Part shown: piece by piece, positions 13,415 through 26,096 of the stretch | How the letters are laid out: each line of letters begins with the position of its first letter | How positions within the stretch are numbered: position 1 is the stretch's first letter | NCBI GenBank assembly: GCA_030704615.1 | Contig: CM060732.1 | Span: 47,306,001-47,370,000 of the forward strand | Source of the DNA: Takakia lepidozioides | Taxonomy: Eukaryota; Plantae; Bryophyta | Reading direction: 5' to 3' | Length of the DNA: 64,000 nucleotides | Notes under the pieces: generated by a model | Databases searched by the model: none | What the model was told of the DNA's origin: nothing | The model's input: only the letters and a program-made list of their open reading frames with translations | Made by a program: the position numbers and the translations under genes

Positions 13415-14858
13415 ATGCAGGTTCCCAAGAATGTCGCTGCCTACAGCAAGGAGAAGGTGAGCAACATGGCCGCCTCGGCGGAGGAAAAGTGGGAGAAGGT
13501 GAAGGCCTCGACTGCTGAAAAGGTAAATGCTTTCCCTGCTCTGGGACGTAGAAAACTTGGAACTATCGGACACTGTCGACAGGTCCGAGGGTGGGAAGTC
13601 GAAATCAGTTACTCTAATATTGGTGGATTGGATCCGCACCAACAATGGCCAACATATTTGAGCTGTGAAGTCTGTCAGTTGGGTCCGCTCTACTAAATCG
13701 TATGAACAACTTGAGTTCAGTACCTTTGTTGGCTAGGAGCTGCTGCCCTCTCTAGAAGAAAGATCTTAACGTATTGCGAGCATCAATTGATACTATTATT
13801 ACGCGCTTTGATTTCTAGAAAAATAGTTTGCCGAGTCTCACAAAATGCTTTTTAGTTTTCACTGTTCAAGCTTCTGCTACATGAGATTTGTGGCTAGCCA
13901 CCCTTGAACGACTGCAATTGCTAGACAGATTTAAACCCGAGTGACTAAATGATACGTGTGCATTAATCAGGCGGACAAACAATATAAATGGGCTGGGAAG
14001 GACGGAGATGATAGCTAAAGGAACGAGGCGAAGACGAAACAAAACGAAGGAGGGGGAACGCAGGCCGACGCTTGCAAGGCAACAGAAGATCATTGACAAC
14101 CGCAACGAAAGAATCCAGAAAAAGCAGGACATCAAGGATCGTAAAACTGCCGCTAAATCTGCTGCGAAGGGGGCACACATCAATGGTCACCAAAGCTGGG
14201 AGTAAGGATTCGATGGAGATCGATTCCCACCTGATCTTATTTTCTTCCCATATATACCTGTAGTCGGCAGGGATTATTATAGGTGAATCCAAAGTGAGAA
14301 AAATTGTGCCTTATCATCCATTCTTGCACACCGAATTTTCCTACAGCTTTTCACATTCAGCGTTGCTGACGAGCACTATGACGGATAATAGACGTGATAT
14401 GTGCCTTTTGCACACTGAACGAGAGCATCTGACATTCACCATCTAATTGCGCTTTTGGATCAGGTCAAACCGCAGGCGCTCCAGGTATGGGAGTTAACGA
14501 TCAAGCCCCTGAAGCTCCAGGACGTAGAGTTGGTGAAGTTCCCAACGCTCCGACAGGCCCAGATACTCAAGCCCCTGAAGCTCCAGGAAGTGGAGTTGGT
14601 GGGGTTCCCAACGCTTCAACAGGCCAATATACTCAAGCTCCTGAAGCTCCAGGTGTGGGAGTTAATGCACAAGCTCCCAATGCTCCAGCAGGTACACCCC
14701 AAAATACTGGTGCAGCAAACGGGTTCAACCAAAACAACAGTGGGTATGACAGAGCTGGAATGAACAGTGGTGTGCAAGCTCCAAACTCCCAAGCTGATAC
14801 TGGAATGAATGGCCAAGCTCAGGCTGGCCCTCCAGAAACTCTGCAAACAGCAGCATAA
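13415..14858 (+). pseudogene. Second LEA_1-like gene, probably 3 exons (13415-13522, about 13971-14201, 14464-14858); exon 2 frame appears disrupted
   Basis: Exon 1 MQVPKNVAAYSKEKVSNMAASAEEKWEKVKASTAEK|GTAAAT is 108 nt like the paralog. The acceptor AATCAG|GCGGACAAA matches ATATCAG|GTGGACAAA of the paralog but hits a stop after 15 codons, while the homologous KEGE...KQDI residues lie in another frame. Exon 3 encodes QAPEAPG repeats. Confidence 0.55.
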
Positions 14859-15479
14859 ACATGACTGGCAATGTTGGAGCTGGATATTACAGATCAACTT
14901 CCCAGAGTAGTGTTTGCAAAGAATATATAATGTACAATAGAAGCCCAGGCTGTGCTGAGTTAGATAGTTGAACCCTGATTCTTGATGCTTGTATAATATC
15001 TTATGTAGTGAGGCTGGATTGTGGTATTTGGTTGTCTCTGGGTAAGTTACTCTTTTGTGAGGGACTGGGTCCCCTTTGTAAACCTTCATGGCTCTTTTGC
15101 AAGGTTGTTTTTTCCTTGCGGATTTAATTCATTCAAGAGCTTCTATCCCTTTTCTAAAAATAAGAAAAAGACAAACTTGTCTATATTGCTGCTATGTATG
15201 TCACATGTCCATCGATATGGAAGTAAAGCATTCCACCGGGAGGCCGTCCAACCCAGGCGATTTAGGGAGGCTAGAGCTTCAGTAAAGCAATCTATCCAAG
15301 TGCAAACCTGTATAGCTTTATAAAAAGACCCAAGTTGGTGACTGTACAAAATGGGTAAAACTATCCCAAAGGGAAGAAGCAAAATCTCATAGAGCTAGAT
15401 GTAACGATAAAGAGAAGTCAAACTGTTGTAGTATCACCTACTGCCTGAAGAAGGTTAGACAACAGGAAGGAGGGTGGGT

Positions 15480-16885
15480 CAGAAAGTGTCGGGAGGCGAG
15501 ATGAAGCTGCCCTGCCCGATGCAAAATGGATAAAGCTGGAGCCTTTTGTAAAGCAATAGAGACTGGCTGTCTAAAAAAAGTTGTAAGAATAGAGACATAT
15601 GGGCTTTCAAGGCTAGGGATTTGCTTTCAGTTGTGTGATGGGCACATGTACAAAGGAAGTCGTTGAACTGATGATGCAAGCAACTGAAGATCTCGACCGC
15701 CAAAGGGAGGAACGTGTCTCTGGGGTGACGTTCCCGATAGTCGCGCTCCTTCTCCTATGCGGCTACTAAAGCAGCAACTTCCTGTGATGAGGCTGTGCAT
15801 GGAAGGAGATCTGCCCTAGTAGGATCAGTGATGACCACGTCCGCCAATGTACGCAGCCCGTCTTGAGAGATAACAAGGTCAACGCGCCGTCGTGTGGAAC
15901 GATGCTCGTGGGCTGGAAGTATGTGCATCTGCTTTCGAAGGACATGAATCCCTGCATCACGAGCAACCGCAGTACTGCATCGCGGACGACATCATGAGTT
16001 GCAGTGCGTTCTCCGCCGCAAGGGCGACAAAGAAGATGGATGCCAAGTGGGTCGATAGGATGGCGACAAACACACCGCTGTATTGTTCGAATGGTGGCAG
16101 ACAAGCATGTGCTGGTATCGGGAGGAGGTCCCGTGCTGCATGAAGATGTTGCTAGAAGGGGAAAGAGCCATCGTCGATGTGGGCAACCACATCCACGAGG
16201 ATAGGGCGTTGCTGACACAAAAACCAAGATGCCAAGGTTGGAGCAACTAGAGCCCAACTACCCAAGAAGGCAGCACTGGGCAGTTGCGATTGTGGATAAT
16301 AAGCCCACTCCCCCATAAGAGATGGGGAGGGTAGCTTGACGATATGCCAAGGGACCCTCCTCACTATCAAATGCACCCGGGCCTAATAGACAACCAAAAA
16401 TGCCCATAACAGTCGTATCAAAAGAAGACAGAAGCTCTAAAAACTGAGGACTTGGGGGGAAACCACTTAAGAAATAAGAAGGTTGGTGTAGAAAACATCT
16501 GGTGAGAATGCCATGGGCTAATTGCATATCCCTTAGTTTGGGAAGAAGCTCTATATGGCTGGTATCCTGTAGCAAGGCGTCTTGAAGGAAAGATGTTGTG
16601 TAAGAGATAGTGCCAAGAGGAACACCTAACACTAGAACACTTTCAGATGGTGCTAGAAAGTCGATGGGGGCACAAAATCTGAAGGCAGACCAGAGGGTGA
16701 CCAAATTGTGGACTTGCGGGGTTGAAGAGTGAGCCCTAGAGAGTGGAGTTGATTAGCAAAGTGATGGAAAGCCAAGAGGATATCACTAGGAGGGCCAGTG
16801 ATGTGTGTATCATCAGCAATAGAAATATACAGAATAAGAAGGCTTGGGCAGAAGAGCGAAGAGCTCGGAAGTGTGCAAAGGCACT
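15480..16885 (-). mobile_element. 5'-truncated non-LTR retrotransposon with C-terminal restriction-like endonuclease (CRE-like)
   Basis: Fragments in order: RT ...SIADDTHITGP (about 16790-16830), LVLGVPLG, ATLPISYGGVGL, the zinc-knuckle region C.C...D.LG.HLL..CGGERTATHDVVRDAV, the RLE core RRVDLVI...LADVVITDP, and EKERDY...FLPLAVE. Frameshifted. Confidence 0.75.
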
Positions 16886-17214
16886 ATATGTTTGTTAACT
16901 GAAGTTGAGTGTATTAAGATATTGATAAGTATGATCAAAACCATTTGCAAGCTCTATATATTCGCTGGACGTTAAGCAAACTTTACTTTATTCCCCTTTG
17001 TTTATGATGTCTTACCGTCTTTCCATGTAGTGTTAGTCACCTCATAGATTAGGTCTTCATAGCTTTCTTTATACTATATTTAGCTGACAAATAACCTTCT
17101 CATGAACAATAGATAATCTTGCCAAAAACATGAATTTGGCGAAGGGGCAGTACCCCAACTAGCGACGACCAAAGGTCGGAAGCTAGTTTAGCGTAGAGTA
17201 GATATACGATGCCA

Positions 17215-17390
17215 TAGTGCCTCGTCATCATCGCCACATCATCACTGCCACATCATCACCGCCACATCATTGTCACCACGTTTTGTAGCCACGTCATCGT
17301 CATGCGTCATCTCGCCACATCATCACTGCCACATCATCACCGCCACCTCATTGTCACCACGTTTTGTAGCCACGTCATCGTCATCGTCAA
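17215..17390. repeat. Short duplicated CATCAT/GCCACAT-rich repeat (about 2 copies of about 80 bp)
   Basis: CGCCACATCATCACTGCCACATCATCACCGCCAC...CACCACGTTTTGTAGCCACGTCATCGTCAT occurs twice. Confidence 0.7.
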
Positions 17391-17529
17391 ATTTTTTTAT
17401 CTGCCCGGACTGCCCAAAAGTAACTGTCTTGCAGCGTGGGAAATGATGCCCCGCGTGCTCGAGCGCAGAGGGTTTTACACACCGATCGCATCGCATATGG
17501 AGATAATGTACTCGTAAGGCATTCTCTGT

Positions 17530-17933
17530 TCGGTGCTCTAGGGCAGCTGGAAGGACCCATGGTGGAGAAGTTGCAGAAGCTGCTCATGATGTCAACGGGT
17601 AGGCGCATTCTGGTGGAGAATATTGGTTCCATACGGAGGGATTTGGGCCTGCCCGAGGACTTCAAGCTAAATCTGGTGAATCAGTATCCCCAGTACTTTC
17701 GTGTAGTCGACACTGAAGAAGGTGTTGCCCTAGAGATCACTGTGTGGGATCCAAAATTGGCTATTTGTGCTTTTCCAACTAAAGCTCTCATGGAGGTTCT
17801 TAGAAAACATTCAGATGGATTGGAAGAGTTTCGGGCGGTAGCTTACTTATCGCCGTATACCAGCAGCCAACGAAGGTGGGTAGCTGTTCAAGCCAAGAAG
17901 TATGCAGTGGTTGTGATCAACAAACACAGATAG
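17530..17933 (+). pseudogene. PORR (plant organelle RNA recognition) domain gene fragment
   Basis: VEKLQKLLMMSTGRRILVENIGSIRRDLGLPEDFKLNLVNQYPQYFRVV...LEITVWDPKLAI...FP...LEEF....YLSPY matches the central PORR motif set (WTF1/RPD1 family). The N-terminal part is absent and the C-terminal part is broken. Confidence 0.8.
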
Positions 17934-19412
17934 GGGTAAACAAGTTCACGGTGGACCTCAACAAGCCAAGTGTTTTCTAGGTTAGACTTCAAACCTTAAA
18001 TTGCAGGCCCGTTCACTTCTCGCCGCCAGTGTCAGTTGATAGTAGCAAGGCTGAGGATGTATTCATGATTTATACACAGGCACGGATAGCTGAAGGACTA
18101 GGGATAGAGGTCTAGATTCATCCAAGAGGGCCGGATTTCGAACACAAGATTACTTCTGATTCCATGTGGATCAATAGCTACAAGAAATCTGAGTCACTAC
18201 AGCAAATGGGGGGGGTTTGCGACGCTAGCCGCGCCCCCACGCCGAGCGTGGCACCGAGCGTGCGACGCCAACCCCGCGGAGCGTGTTTGCGACGCCGGCC
18301 GTCGCAGCCAAATCCCGCGGGACGCCACCTCGCGCCGGGCCAGACGGCGACGCCTGGCCGTCGCACGGGCAGATGAAGGGCAAAAGGCAGCCCTTCCGTG
18401 CGACGCCCAAGCGTCGCCCCCCAGCGAAGGCAAAAGGCAGCCCTTTCTGGCGACGGCCGGTCGTCGCACGCCAAAAAAAAAAACCCTTTCTTGCCATTTT
18501 TTCATCGCAGCCTTTTCTTGCGACGCTAGGCCGTCGCATGGTGGCATGAAGGGCAAAAGGCCCTTGCGACGGCCGGGCGTCGCAAACTGCCCGGCTGCCC
18601 TATTCTTGCAAAACAAAAAAACAGGTCACAGTTTGCGACGGCTGGCCATCGCCGTTTCATTACAGCAAATGGGGGGGGTTTTACGACGCCAGCCGCGCCC
18701 CCACGCCCCACGCAGCGCCAAGCGTGCGACGCCAACCCCGCGGAGCGTAGTTGCGACGTCGGGCCGTTGTAGTCAAACCCCGCGGGAGTGAAACCTGTCG
18801 CCGGGGCCAAGCGGCGACGCCTGGCCGTCACACGGAGTGATGAAGGGAAAATGGCAGCCCTTCTGTGCGACGCCCAAGCGTCGCCCCCCAGCGAAGGGCA
18901 GAAGGCAGCCCTTTCTGGCAACAGCCCGTCGTCGCATGCCAGAAAAAAAAAAAAAAAAAAACCATTTCTTGTCTTTTCTTTGATTGCAGCCTTTTCTTGC
19001 GACGCCCGGCCGTCGCATGGTGGCATGAAGGGCAAAAGGCCCCTGCGACGGCCGGGCGTCGCAAACTGCCCGGCTGCCCTATTCTTTCAAAACAAAAACA
19101 CATGTCACATTTTGCGACGGCTGGCCATCGCCGTTTGCGACCCCCGGCCTCATAAATCCATTCAAAAAACAGGTCGCAGTTGGTGACGGTTGGCCGTCGC
19201 CGTTTGCGACCCCCGGCTCATAAATCCAAGAAAACGCGTCGTAGTTTGCGACGCGTGGGGGTCGCAGGCGGCGACGGGGTTAGGGCCATTGAGGGTTCTT
19301 AGTTTTTGTTTTTTCATATGGTACTGGGGTAGGGTGTTTGTTTTTCTTTATGGTTTAGCTTGTTGTTGTGGACCTTCTTGTAGATTGTGACATTCATTTT
19401 GACAATTCTCTT

Positions 19413-21505
19413 CATCGATGGCTCATAGGAAGAAATTTGCGGTAGTTGGGATACACCATCTTGTGAAGATGGCGGGAGCTATGTGCATCAAGATCATCGC
19501 CACAATGCAAGCATGCATGGTACCCTTTGGTGCTTAGCCCCGAGCAAACAGTTAGTCCTGTACTACACATCCCGCCACATTAGCAAAAACAAAAAGTTGT
19601 CATGTGCATGGCCCATAATGTCATCTACCCCACTACGGTGCACAAGACTGTCGCCACTACTTCAATCAATCCCAATCCTCATCCTCATCCAGCATTGACA
19701 AGTGAATGTACGCGGGTTGTTCATAGGGAACATAATATACCTAGATAATCATGCATTGTCCAAAGCAAGATGTCTCTCATCTGAAAAGATTATCTGGCCA
19801 TAGGGTCAAGTGAAGCATCCAATGCCGGGACCCCCTCCATAGCTCTTTAAGTTCAATAAGAGGCCGCAAGTATGTGTCCATGTTTGCCACATGTTTTTTC
19901 CCTTTGAGACATTCACATCATTGTTTCAATGCTCCACCAATATGCCATACGAGAGCGGATGTTGAGTCCCTCGGAGAGAATTTTTTGTGATGGCAACCCC
20001 GATGTCTTTGGCAATGTTGCAGGGCTCATCAATAGTTCCATTGGTGACTCCAGACGAACCAATGTAGTATGGGATGAGCGACATGATGGGGATAGGAGAC
20101 TAGTGCCGGCAATATCCATTATACTACAAAATGAATTACACGTCTTATTCCATGATTATGTCACTCATCAATCTTGCATCCGAATTGCGTCAAAGATCAG
20201 AAGTTTAATGTAAAGTCGAAGGCAATAATAAACATGAAATGAGTACACTCACCTAGCACAATGGCAGCCAACATGATATGGCATTTTTTAATTGAAAGAT
20301 ACGGAGGGATGTTGTAATTCACCATAGTCACCGGCCAAATGGAATGACTACATGACTGGACAGAGAATGGGTTGACCCCATCCGAGGAGAAGACGAGGTG
20401 GACATGTCGTGGGTCCTCCAAGAGAAAATGCCACATCTCTTCAATATGCCTCCATGCTTGTGAATCTTGTGGCCCGCACACCTTTCTCGGGGGGCTCCGA
20501 TGTGAGGCGTGTCATCTCATGAGTCTGGCCAATTCGGGGCTTTGGTACTTTGCCCTCAATCGCGGGATGATCGGAAAGTAATGCATTTTCTAGGATGAAA
20601 TACCCTACGCCCCCCACATGTAATCATCCCATTAGCACACATAATACAACACCCTTATGTCTTTCCATTTATGCAGCCTCTCCCTCATTTGGGTGTGAAT
20701 GGTCAAAACCAAACGTCGCTCTTTCCACTCCTCACTCACTCCTTCCAAAACCACAATCAGATCTTGCATGAGTACTACTCTCTAATAATCTCCATGTGAG
20801 GGGGAATGATGCTTATACCTTGCGTGGTACTTTTTTCCCTTGGACGTCATCCTGATATCGGTCTTTCTTGCACTTTGGGTACTTGGTGAGATGCAAATCC
20901 TGTCCGTAGTATAAGATTTTATCACATGGATATGCATGAAAAATCTTATAGCCCGTCCCCATAGAGTCCAAGACTTCGCGCGCCTCTTTCCGCAACCGTG
21001 GCATCTTGGGTTTCAAGTGTGGAGCAAGGATATAGTCTGCAATAGTTCGCATTATGACAGACATCCCAACATTACTTATGCCAAATCGAATTTGAAGATT
21101 GAGCAAAAGTAAGATTGTTGAAAGTCGACTCGCTTTCTCCCTTTCGTACAAGGGAGTTCTCGCCTCCCTCTCCATGTCATTTGAGGGGGCCATTTCAGGA
21201 TCATCGATTGGCCGGGTTCCCTCTTCATGGGATGCATCAACGCCCACATGATGCATTAAGAGATCCTCCATGGCTTGCACATCCTCCTAGTTAATTCCAT
21301 GCTCATTGTTGTTGTCACTGTCACTATCACTGTCGTCGTCGTCATCGTCCGGTACTATGGGGGCGGCGTCTCGCCCACGGCTCCCGCCTGATGTACTTGG
21401 GTTGTTTTGAGATGGGGTGCCAAGAGAAAAGACCGGGAAGGGGTGGACAAAGTCCTGATACGAACAAATGAAAATAGGGACATATATTATAATGTGTCCT
21501 TGCAA
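19413..21505 (-). pseudogene. Partial duplicate of CACTA TnpD (N-terminal half) in the nested element
   Basis: Near-identical to 30688-32607 (DSQAWRHIEEMW...SSDGVNPF...WPV). A deletion junction near 19410 removes the C-terminal half. Confidence 0.85.
19946..20117 (+). pseudogene. SET-domain fragment inserted in opposite orientation into the TnpD copy
   Basis: Encodes RIFCDGNPDVFGNVAGLINSSIGDSRRTNVVWDERHDG, homologous to 33760-33900. It is absent at the equivalent site of the other TnpD copy (about 31220). Confidence 0.75.
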
Positions 21506-23990
21506 CCATACACTTCATTATAAGCGAAATGCAAACAACAACCTTCAATGTGTGTGTGCATCAAATATGTCATTCAATAATTACATGTATGTGCGCAACC
21601 AACGTACACGCATGCAAAGTTTCAAACCCAAACAAAATCATTTGCCCCCCCAATGACGCATTCACCCTATCAACCAATTTTTGTTTATTAATGAGAAAGA
21701 AAATCCTCTCATGCCATTGCACCCAACAAACGGATGTGGCTCAAGCTTCATTTTTCCTACATGTGCTTAAATATGTGTGCAACACCTGTACAAAGATCCA
21801 GCAGAAAAATAAAAAAATTTACCTCCCCAACGACGCACTCACCCTTGCACCAATTATGAATTATATCGAATTTAAATGAATTTAAAATAAATATTTGCAT
21901 TTACCACTGTGCAAAGCAAGGAAGCCAGTCTTCAGATTGTTGAATTTCATCACCCATGGTTACATTGTATATCTGCAGATCTTACTAAATGATATGTAAA
22001 CATGGAATACAATCAGAAGATATTGATTATGTTCCATAATCTGGCTTCAGCCAAGTATAGCGAGTGTATATTCTAGCAAAATGTTTACCATATCACCAAG
22101 CATTTATGGAGGTATAGAGAGATATACAGGGCCTATACTAGCTTAAGCCCTGATGTCTTAAAATCCCTCTAAACATATTGTCTGAGTTCAAAAAGATCTT
22201 TCGGGTTACTGTGCTGCTTGGTACATGCCATAGCAGTAAAGCCAGTCTACCCTAGAGCCCGTTTTAGGTTTTGGGGTAATCTGTATCTGCTTCAGCAGGG
22301 TACTTGCAAGGTCACAAACAAGTAAAGAAGGACTGGAAATCAAATGGCCTGCATCAGTCATCATACATGGCCTAAAAACAAGAGATTGGTGTTCCCTATG
22401 TCATCTTACTTGGCTGCCCGATACCCTTCCCAGCATCTTACCAGTACTATAAACCGAAAATAAAAGCTCAGGCTGGGCTGTAAACAGCAAATCCAGCACC
22501 ATCATGTAATGTAGCAGAAATCAAAGGCAAGAGTCATTAATAGAACGTAAGTGTTCTAATAAAGCTCATCTAATGCATTGATGCTCAACAGAAAGAGCTG
22601 GAAGCATAGCCAGAAAAGATCAAGATAAGGGGGTAGATTTGAATCAGCTCCATGAAGAAACAGCTTGAGTCGACTTCACTTCATCTTGCTAGGTTTCAAT
22701 CAATTGCAAGCTTCATGAATCATATTAAGTGAGGGCCCTCATCCGGTCCCATCACATGCAATCAAAAAACAATGAAGTTAGTGAAGATGTGGAACCCCAG
22801 GTGAATATCAGGCCTCGCGCTTGTTATCGCTATACAACATGCGTTCAAAAGCAAGAAGAGATAAAGATTATCCACAACCTTAAGGGTTTGTGGAAGAGGA
22901 TTCAACATAGCTCCAAGAACTCGGCAATCGACAGCACAAACAAGCAACGGTTTGCTGATTTCTACGAGCATTTTATCAGGTGAAGAGACTTCCTGAAAGT
23001 TTGAGAGCGGCGCTGGATCTTAATGACCATTGAACGGATCGACAAACAATCACTGCTTAGGGTAGATTGTCCGCCAAGGGAAGAGACAACCTCATTGAGG
23101 GAATTGAAGCTCTGCCGCCATTGCATACCCCAAGGGGAATCGAAAAGTACTGGAATCTTGCCAGAGCACTTGCAGGCTGCCATAAAGCTTCTCCATAGCC
23201 ATCAAATTCACAAGCTTCGTGTTTAAATGAATTCACTAACACCATCGCTCAGCTCCAGCAGAATCAAAACGCACGCGTATCGTGCAGAGTTTTAGGGCGG
23301 AGGAAGAGATAGGGCAAACCTTCGCGATTTCATCCAAATTAGATGAAAAACAGGTAATGAGATGTAAAAAACTTCCCTGATTTCATCATGATGTCATCTA
23401 GTAGGGATGACATCCAAAATAGGGTCTGGCTTTCATTAGGGTTAGTTCTCATGACCAAAATCATCCAAAGAACCCGGCTATCAGAGAATATTCTTTAATG
23501 GAATTCATCCATTTTCATGATTACATCCAGTATGGATGAGATTTAAAATATGGTTTAGACAGAAATAGTCCAAGCCTTCCTGGGTTTTGGAAAAAATACA
23601 AGCAAGTTCCTTGTATAGAGGGAGAGGGAGAGAGGGAGAGAGAGGGATCCCACCAGCCAGCCCCTGGTATGGCATTCCCTTATGGGATGAGTGTGGTATG
23701 CACTCACCCTGTAAGGGAGTGCATACCAGACCCAATCTCATAAAAGCTCTCCCTCTTCTTTGTAGTTTGTATCACTGGTTAAACAACCGAAGAGATAAAA
23801 AAACTACAATCCCATCTCCCTAGGTCAAGAAAAAAGTATGCTACATATGAAGAAGGTATACAGTCATATATATATATATATGAGTGTAGAACATACCTTT
23901 CAATTTATCAATGAGCTCTTGTAAAGGGAAGAATAGGCCAGGGAAGGAACCCTGCTCAAGGAAGCATGTCAAAATACGGGTTAGTTTCCT

Positions 23991-24275
23991 TGGTGGATCT
24001 ATCTACTTAATGTGGTGGAAAACAAGCCAGAGTTACTAAGAACTAAGAATGGATCCCCGTACGAGGGTTTGGAAGCGTGCTTCATGAATGTCCAGATTTC
24101 TGTACTAAACCCTGAATCCGGGGAATTTCAATTTCAGAAGTATGATAAGAGAAGACTCTTACCTTTCTCTTACACCCAATACATCCAGTTCCTCTCTAAT
24201 AGACCCGTGAATCAATCCTACAATGTAGTGATTTCACAAGTTTTCCAATTCTGTACATTTCCAGCAGTGTTAATC
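23991..24275 (+). mobile_element. Penelope-like element RT thumb / C-terminal fragment
   Basis: WWIY...FMNVQI...FQFQKYDKRRLLPFSYTQY...SNRP...YNVVISQV resembles the post-catalytic region of PLE RTs (YDKR, SN.P, ISQ). Confidence 0.65.
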
Positions 24276-24279
24276 TGAC

Positions 24280-25098
24280 TTGGAAGGAATGTTGTTTGCT
24301 CATACACACCCTTGGGAAGAATGGCCACCAACTTGTCCCATATGCTCTTTCGAGTGAAGGATGTCGGGAAGTAGGGGGTGCAAGAGTTTGCCAATTCGCT
24401 CAGTGCCAACCTCCTGCGCAAGTCGGAGGCAAAGGCAGACAGAACCTGGTATAGGCTGAGCATGGACGCCATGGTGGACTACATATTTCGGGTAAAGCTC
24501 CTCACTGTTTTGTTGAGCTAATGTGTCTCTCCTCCCCCAATAGAAGAAAAAGTGTTGAGCATGATCTCTAATCTTATGTGCGCATTCTTGACAGACGAAA
24601 ATTCAGTAGGATTTGGCACATGCGCGGAGGTTCTACATGGAGTCAGAGGAGAAGAATCTAACCCTCCCGGCACTCGAATCGTATCTCAAAACTGCGGAGG
24701 CCAGGGCCCGCATAAAGTACAAGTCGCGGATGGTAAAGTACGTGGCCATAGCTAATCCCGCCCTTGGTGCCGACTTTCTGGTGGAGGTGGGGAAGCACTA
24801 CTCCTGCGCTCTGAAGCCCACGATGACATTGGAGAAGCTCCATCGTCTAGCCACATCCTGTGTGGATGCAACAGAAAATGTGATACATTCTTAACCAAAT
24901 TGTGGTGGCAACAACTCGTTTTTGTGGTGTTTGGCGCTTACGAATATGCTGGGTGGTTGGACAGACCCGGTGGCTCCAAATCTGGAATGGTTCCCAAAGT
25001 ACAAGGGACATGTGGAGCTTCCCCAAACCGAACAAACTGTCTGACCCTACATTCGACATGTGGATGAACCGCATGACATGGTGGTTTCACGTACTTCC
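24280..25098 (+). other. Unidentified spliced gene fragment (cargo)
   Basis: Exon-like blocks separated by a GTAAAG...TTGACAG intron (about 24492-24594). ORF 24613-24894 reads ARRFYMESEEKNLTLPALESYLKTAEARARIKYK. Confidence 0.3.
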
Positions 25099-26096
25099 CC
25101 ACGCTTCGTTACTGCTGCACCTGTCTGCATTAGGATTGAGAAATAGCATTGCATTTCCAATGTTAAGCCAGCATATGTCATCGATATAACGGAAAGCATG
25201 CTGAAATTTTGGCATCAATTGAAATTGACCAAGGGCAGCCAGTCTTAAGATGAACTTTAAGTTCGTATGAAAGGAAATAAGTGTTACACCATAAAGGTGA
25301 ACACGAGAACCCCATGGGGATACCTGAGACTTGACGCCAAACACGGTCACCCAATGCTACGAAACAATGACACATCAGCCATTTGTGGAGCTGAAGCAAC
25401 CTGGCTTCATGAAGCTCGATCCAAGTACCTGTTTTGGGGGAAGAAGTGCTCCACTTGCACTTCCCGAAGGTCCCATTCTTTGTTTGGACCCAAAGGGCAT
25501 GGCGTGACCGGGGGTGATCCGTATGATGTTGCTGGAAGGCCAATTTAATCACATGCTCAATGGCATCATCTAAGTTATCTTCACCTGTTAAGGGAATATT
25601 TTCATAGCATTGTGTGATGTTCGCCACAAAAACATCATGGATTTTTGTAGGAAGATTTAAAGTGAAATCTGTAATGTTGTCAATAATCCAGTACATGGCA
25701 GTAGACACTTTGAATAATTGTTTGTAAGTGTTTAACCGTGCTCCGGCCCATTCCTTGATTAAAGGTAATAGGAACATGGTGGCACATGTAAGGAGGCTGG
25801 CGATTTCACTGAATACGCAATTGTGGGCATTTGTAATCCACCTATACTTTTTTTTGTGTAGTTTGTATATTCCCATCATGTAGGGAAGACTACAAAAAGT
25901 AACGGGGATTTCAGGTATCAAATCATGCACTTCACTAAAGAGGCTTTCCAAAACAGAGTCTAGTGATGACCATACCTCATCTTGAAGACATGGTCTAAAA
26001 TCCTTACCCATTAAGCGGTGATAGGCTTGGGTTCTGATGTGCTTCACACATAGAAAACAAACATTGTTGTTAGCCTTATCAAGACCAAACAAGAGG
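25099..26096 (-). mobile_element. Penelope-like element reverse transcriptase fragment
   Basis: Motifs DKANNN, LPYMMGIYKLHK, R.I, RQVSGIPMGFSCSPLWCN.Y..YE and, after a frameshift, FRYIDDI are characteristic of PLE RTs. Confidence 0.8.

Noticed and set aside
18164-19390. Many overlapping Arg/Ala/Pro-rich ORFs (also at 27135-28153 and 55781-56791)
   Set aside because: Artefacts of GC-rich CACTA subterminal repeats; open in several frames on both strands with no domain signal.
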